Shown in pieces: positions 59,072 to 64,000 of a stretch of DNA of 64,000 bases. The DNA is from an uncultured Bacteroidales bacterium (GTDB lineage: Bacteria > Bacteroidota > Bacteroidia > Bacteroidales > UBA10428). Position 1 is the first letter of the stretch. Each line of letters starts with the position of its first letter. The notes beneath the pieces are model-generated. The model did not search any database. It was not told where the DNA came from and saw only the letters and a list, made by a program, of their open reading frames with translations. The position numbers and the translations under genes are program-made. The stretch is taken from the NCBI GenBank assembly GCA_964456285.1, contig CAYWBC010000002.1, positions 16,999-80,998 of the forward strand, written 5' to 3'.

Positions 59072-61339
59072 ATGAGAAGTAAGGCTAAGATATTGGGATT
59101 AATATTTCTGTCAGGACTGGTAATTTTTGCTTGCAATAAGGAGGATTCGCAAGATCCGGATAAACTTATATACCAAAAAGTAGACAGCATAATTTCATTA
59201 ATGACACTGGAAGAAAAGGCAGGACAAATGCTTAATCTGGGTCTTCCTGCATTGCTTACAGGTGAATTCTATTCCACTCGCGATACTTTGGTATTCGACT
59301 CAGCAAAAATCAACCATCTTTTAGTGAAATGTGGAGCAGGCTCGGTTCAGAATCTTGGCAATTATCCGCTTACACCTGATGAGTGGCGATACTATATCTC
59401 ATCTATTCAGGATATAGTTAAAGAACGTACAAGGTTAAAAATTCCAATACTTTATGGAATTGATGCAGTTCACGGAGCAAATTATACAGCTGGATCGGTA
59501 ATGATGCCACACCAGATAAATATTGCCGCTACCTTTGATTCATCATTGGCCCGAATAGCAGGTGAGATCACCGCTTATGAGATGAAAGCCAGCGCTATTC
59601 CCTGGAACTTTTGTCCAAACTTCGATGTCGCCCGTAATCCATTGTGGGGCAGAATTTATGAAACTTTCGGAGAAGATGTTTATTTGACCACTACAATGGG
59701 TAAAGCAATGCTTGAAGGAATGATGGGAAGTAATCCTGCTGACTGGAATAAAGTAGTTGCATCGGCCAAACATTATATAGCATATGGGGCTTCTGTTACT
59801 GGAAAGGACAGATCATTCATCATGATGCCTGAATCGTATATCAGGCAAATTATGTTGCCTCCGTTTGAAGAAGCACTTAAGAGTGGATTGTTGTCTGTTA
59901 TGGTTTCATCAGGTTCATTAAATGGTACGCCTACCCATGTCGATCATTATTTCTTAACCAGGGTATTGAAAGAAGAACTTGGGTTTAAAGGTGTAATAAT
60001 TAGCGATTGGGGCGAAATTGACAATCTTATTAGTATCCACAGGGTTGCGAAAGATGAACGTGAAGCTGTTAAAATGAGTGTACTGGCTGGAATAGATATT
60101 TGCATGGAACCATACGATGCCAGTTTTTTTGAATACCTTGTCGATTTGGTGAATTCAGGTGAAATTCCGATTTCAAGAATTGATGATGCGGTTCGCCGAA
60201 TATTATTTGTAAAATACAAATCGGGGATTTTCGATGATGTTATGTTTGAAAAACACAGCTATAAAAAATTTGCATCAAAAGAATTTGACTCATTAAATTT
60301 ACATATTGCCAGGGAGAGCATTACTTTATTAAAAAACTCTAGCGAGATATTGCCTTTGGCGAAGAACAAGAAAATATTAGTTGCCGGAGTAGCAGGGAAT
60401 TCCTTAAACTATTTGAATAATGGGTGGTCTAGGACCTGGTTAGGAGAAGATACAGCATATAACGATACGGAGAAATTTACGATACTTGAAGCTGTGAAAG
60501 CCGAAATTGGGAGCAACAATGTTTTGTATTCGCAAGGAACTGACTACCTTAATGAAATAGACATCGATGATGCTCTTAAAAAGGCAAATCAGGTTGATTA
60601 TATAATTGCTTGTGTTGGTGAGAAACCAGCAACTGAGGTGCCAAGCAATATTGAAGATCTTGAATTGCCCGAATCCCAGTTAAAATTAGTAAGAAAACTT
60701 GCTGAAACCGGCAAACCAGTTATCCTGGTTATGACACAAGGAAGACCCAGAATTATTCGTAAAATAGAGCCGCTTGTGCAGGCTGTGATAATGGCCTATG
60801 TGCCGGGCAACGAAGGAGGAATTGCTATATCCGATGTTATTTTTGGAAATGTGAATCCCAGTGGAAAATTGCCTTATACTTACCCTAAATATTCTGGGTC
60901 AATCAATATGTACGATCATCAGCATGAAAATGATTTTGGATTTATGGGATATTCGCCGCAATATGAATTTGGATACGGTTTAAGCTATACAAGTTTTAAA
61001 TATGGCGATATTGTACTTAATACCGATTCTGTAAAAGCGGGTGATAAAATCACTTGTAGTATTGATATAACAAATACTGGCAATGTGATGGGAAAAGAGG
61101 CAGTTCTGCTTTTTGTCACCGATGAGGTAGCCACAAAAAGTCCGGTTGTAAAACAACTCAGACGATATTCTAAGATAAGCCTGAAGCCAAACGAATCCAA
61201 AGTGGTATTTTTTGAACTTGATTTAAAGGACATGATGTTTGTTGATAATTCGAATAAATGGGTTTATGAGCCAGGATATTTTACAATTGGTATTGGGGAT
61301 AAAAAAGCCAGCTTTTATTTACAAGAAGCTGATTTCTGA
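59072..61339 (+). CDS. GH3 beta-glucosidase / exo-beta-glucanase lipoprotein
   Basis: Lipobox VIFACNKE. GH3 N-terminal domain with nucleophile motif GVIISDWGE. C-terminal alpha/beta and Fn3-like domains. Confidence 0.93.
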   Translation: MRSKAKILGLIFLSGLVIFACNKEDSQDPDKLIYQKVDSIISLMTLEEKAGQMLNLGLPALLTGEFYSTRDTLVFDSAKINHLLVKCGAGSVQNLGNYPLTPDEWRYYISSIQDIVKERTRLKIPILYGIDAVHGANYTAGSVMMPHQINIAATFDSSLARIAGEITAYEMKASAIPWNFCPNFDVARNPLWGRIYETFGEDVYLTTTMGKAMLEGMMGSNPADWNKVVASAKHYIAYGASVTGKDRSFIMMPESYIRQIMLPPFEEALKSGLLSVMVSSGSLNGTPTHVDHYFLTRVLKEELGFKGVIISDWGEIDNLISIHRVAKDEREAVKMSVLAGIDICMEPYDASFFEYLVDLVNSGEIPISRIDDAVRRILFVKYKSGIFDDVMFEKHSYKKFASKEFDSLNLHIARESITLLKNSSEILPLAKNKKILVAGVAGNSLNYLNNGWSRTWLGEDTAYNDTEKFTILEAVKAEIGSNNVLYSQGTDYLNEIDIDDALKKANQVDYIIACVGEKPATEVPSNIEDLELPESQLKLVRKLAETGKPVILVMTQGRPRIIRKIEPLVQAVIMAYVPGNEGGIAISDVIFGNVNPSGKLPYTYPKYSGSINMYDHQHENDFGFMGYSPQYEFGYGLSYTSFKYGDIVLNTDSVKAGDKITCSIDITNTGNVMGKEAVLLFVTDEVATKSPVVKQLRRYSKISLKPNESKVVFFELDLKDMMFVDNSNKWVYEPGYFTIGIGDKKASFYLQEADF

Positions 61340-61353
61340 AAATCAATACGGAA

Positions 61354-64000
61354 ATGCAAAAAAAATACAAAACATATATTGGGAATTCAGCTTCGGAAAA
61401 TGTTCAGAAAAAAATAACAGGAGAGATTATAGACCATGATGGAGTTGGTTTCTATAAAATCAGCAATTATGATAAAATGCCCCCGTTCCTTATGTCCCTG
61501 GTGGGTGCCGGCAATCACTGGATGTTTATTTCCAGCAACGGCGCTCTAACTGCTGGTCGACGTGAGCCAACAAATGCACTATTTCCATATACTACCGATG
61601 ATAAAATAACCGACAGTGCTGATGTAACAGGCAGCAAATCTATCTTTCGAATTCGCCTGGAAGAAAAAGAATTCTTATGGGAACCATTCTCATCTCGTTA
61701 TGAAGGACTTTATAATGCAGAGCGCAACATTTACAAAAGTATTTTTGGCAATATCCTGATTTTTGAAGAAATAAATTATACGCTCGGTATCACTTTTTCC
61801 TACCAATGGCAGTTTAGCAATGCATTTGGTTTTGTTAAAACATCCAAACTAAGGAATATGAAAAAGACAGATCAGGAAATTACTTTGTTGGATGGTATAC
61901 AGAACATATTACCCTACGGGGTTGATGAAGGAATGCAAATGAGGTATAGTACCCTCGTGGATGCCTACAAGAAAAATGAACTGGATGTTTCATCCGGAAT
62001 GGGTATCTATTACCTGAGTTCTATACCTACAGACAGGGCTGAACCGAGTGAAGGATTAAAGTCAACAACCATATGGACTGTTGGATTAGAAAAAACAAAA
62101 AAGCTGTTATCATCCGATCAGGTTAAAGCATTCCGTTTCGGTGAAGAAATTATTCAGGAAGAAAACATTAGAGGTCGACGGGGAGCTTATTTTGTTTCTA
62201 AAAAGGCAATTATTAAATCGAGTGAAGAATTGAGTTGGATGACAGTTGCTGAACTGGAGCAGGATCTGGTAGCAATTCATCAACTTCAAAATCAACTTAA
62301 ATCTTCATCACAACTAATGACAGGACTGGTTAGCGACCTGGAATTAGGGACAAAACAACTTGTTGAGTTAGTAGCAATGGCAGATGGGTTACAACTGGTA
62401 GAGGATGATCTGGTATCTACAAGACATTTTTCAAATGTTTTGTTTAATGTAATGAGGGGAGGCATTTTTCAAAATCATTACAAGATCAATAGGACTAAAC
62501 TCACAGAATACTTATATCACTTCAACAAAAAAATTGCAGAACTTGTTAAGGATAAGATAATATTTACTTTACCGGAAGAGATCGAATATGGTGATTTAAT
62601 TTCATTTGCTGAAGATATCGGCAATGCAGATATACTGAGATTATGCAGTGAATACCTTCCTCTTTCATTTGGAAGAAGACATGGAGATCCAAGTCGTCCC
62701 TGGAATAAGTTTTACATTCAAAATTTCAATGATGATGGTAGTCGAGAGATAGATTACCAGGGCAATTGGCGTGATATTTTTCAAAACTGGGAAGCCCTCG
62801 CATTTAGTTACCCTGAATTTGCTGAGAGTATGATTTGCAGGTTTTTAAATGCTTCAACAGCAGATGGCTACAATCCCTATCGTATTACGAAAGATGGAAT
62901 AGACTGGGAAGAAATTGACCCTGATGATCCCTGGTCAAATATTGGATACTGGGGCGATCATCAGATTATATATTTACTAAAGCTCCTGGAATTATCAGAA
63001 AATTTTCATCCTGACAGGCTTGTTAAATGGTTATCAGAGGATATGTTTGTTTATTCGAATGTACCTTACCGAATAAAAAACTATCCTGAAAAACTCGAAG
63101 ATCCTCGCAATACTATATTATTTGATAAAGAAGAAGCAGACAAAATAAGTAGGTGTGTTATGCAAAACGGAGCGGATGGAAAGTTAATTTGGCTGAATGG
63201 GGAAACTTACAAGGTGAACATGACAGAAAAGCTTTTAGTACCCTTGTTGGCTAAACTTAGCAATTTTGTGGCTGATGGTGGTATCTGGCTTTGCAATCAA
63301 CGTCCTGAGTGGAACGATGCAAACAATGCTATGGTAGGCAATGGTTTGTCTATGGTCACTGTGTATCATTTGCGGAGGCACATTGCCTTTTTACAAAATC
63401 TGTTCTGTAAAATTGAAAATGATAGTGTTGCTATTTCAGAGGAGGTATCCGGATGGATAAAAAACACATACAGGATCTTTTCTGACAATCAGATAATCCT
63501 GGAAAATATGATAAATTCTTCCCCAAGAAGAAAATTACTTGATGCACTGGGTTATGCGGTTGACAAGTATCAGACCTCGATTTACAGGAAGGGTTTCAAA
63601 GGAAAAAAATCATCTTTAAAAATAAAAGAACTTACTGATTTTCTTTCTCTTGTATTGCAATACATTGATTCAACAATTGCTCATAATCAGAGGGAGGATA
63701 AGTTATTCCATTCCTATAACCTGATGAGATTAGAGGAAGATGGAGGCATCTCCATTGTTAACTTGCATGAAATGTTAGAAGGTCAGGTAGCTATTTTAAA
63801 TAGTGGAGTACTTGACGGAAAACAATCACTGGATGTTCTTGATGCATTAAAAAATAGTGATATGTATAGCTCTGATCAGAAGAGCTATACCTTGTATCCG
63901 AATAGGAACCTGCCTCGTTTTCTGGAAAAAAACCGAGTGCCACTATCTGACATTTCTTCCCTTGTTTTGGTCAATGAATGTTTGAAAAGAAAAGATTTCA
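61354..64000 (+). CDS. large cytoplasmic protein, 3' end outside window; possible (alpha/alpha)6 GH94-clan-like glycoside phosphorylase
   Basis: My own translation is stop-free for 882 codons from the ATG at 61354 (14 nt after the GH3 stop) to the window edge. Absent from the supplied track. No signal peptide. Motifs GRRHGDPSRPWNKF, GYWGDHQIIYLLKLLE, RPEWNDANNAMVGNG. Confidence 0.8.
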   Translation, partial: MQKKYKTYIGNSASENVQKKITGEIIDHDGVGFYKISNYDKMPPFLMSLVGAGNHWMFISSNGALTAGRREPTNALFPYTTDDKITDSADVTGSKSIFRIRLEEKEFLWEPFSSRYEGLYNAERNIYKSIFGNILIFEEINYTLGITFSYQWQFSNAFGFVKTSKLRNMKKTDQEITLLDGIQNILPYGVDEGMQMRYSTLVDAYKKNELDVSSGMGIYYLSSIPTDRAEPSEGLKSTTIWTVGLEKTKKLLSSDQVKAFRFGEEIIQEENIRGRRGAYFVSKKAIIKSSEELSWMTVAELEQDLVAIHQLQNQLKSSSQLMTGLVSDLELGTKQLVELVAMADGLQLVEDDLVSTRHFSNVLFNVMRGGIFQNHYKINRTKLTEYLYHFNKKIAELVKDKIIFTLPEEIEYGDLISFAEDIGNADILRLCSEYLPLSFGRRHGDPSRPWNKFYIQNFNDDGSREIDYQGNWRDIFQNWEALAFSYPEFAESMICRFLNASTADGYNPYRITKDGIDWEEIDPDDPWSNIGYWGDHQIIYLLKLLELSENFHPDRLVKWLSEDMFVYSNVPYRIKNYPEKLEDPRNTILFDKEEADKISRCVMQNGADGKLIWLNGETYKVNMTEKLLVPLLAKLSNFVADGGIWLCNQRPEWNDANNAMVGNGLSMVTVYHLRRHIAFLQNLFCKIENDSVAISEEVSGWIKNTYRIFSDNQIILENMINSSPRRKLLDALGYAVDKYQTSIYRKGFKGKKSSLKIKELTDFLSLVLQYIDSTIAHNQREDKLFHSYNLMRLEEDGGISIVNLHEMLEGQVAILNSGVLDGKQSLDVLDALKNSDMYSSDQKSYTLYPNRNLPRFLEKNRVPLSDISSLVLVNECLKRKDF

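Noticed and set aside
61239-61439. 66-aa track ORF spanning the GH3 stop
   Set aside because: It overlaps the GH3 3' end out of frame and the start of the long 61354 ORF in another frame. Implausible, lysine/isoleucine-rich junk.
1-64000. Search for CRISPR arrays, IS elements, integrases, toxin-antitoxin or known defence genes
   Set aside because: Reading both strands by eye, I found no regularly spaced repeats, no transposase or recombinase motifs, and no recognisable defence-system genes. The window looks like core chromosome plus one PUL.

Overview
Low-GC, densely coding chromosomal segment of Bacteroidota type (SusC/SusD pair, lipoprotein signals, TAnnTTTG-like -7 boxes, few Shine-Dalgarno sites). 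By eye I found no rRNA, tRNA, CRISPR array, transposase or integrase. Bases 1-50.8 kb are mostly housekeeping genes. They include an S41 peptidase, pnuC plus a NadR-like kinase, a THUMP methyltransferase, DPP-IV, clpB, gcvT, serC-serA-DUF1015, GTP-PEPCK, plsY, folP-cdaA-mscS, tmk, tpiA, prmA and rsmE. Signalling and envelope genes are interspersed: a SiaB/SiaC-like partner-switch pair, an ABCG-type transporter with extra domains, a propeller/Y_Y_Y histidine kinase beside an Hpt-STAS operon, TPR/OmpA proteins and a 1505-aa secreted protein. Bases 51-64 kb form a polysaccharide utilisation locus (susC, susD, MFS sugar porter, clan GH-A lipoprotein, GH3). It ends in an 882-codon stop-free ORF that runs off the window and is absent from the supplied track; it may be a cytoplasmic GH94-clan-like phosphorylase. 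Other items worth a second look are: a 0.7-kb ORF-free convergent spacer holding a ~190-nt candidate structured RNA (4840-5028); an OmpA 3'-end/terminator duplication bracketing a DNRLRE-type gene; an OMP gene with a single in-frame TAG; and a perfect 16-bp palindrome in a divergent promoter. All functional calls rest on motif recognition by eye, with no database search.
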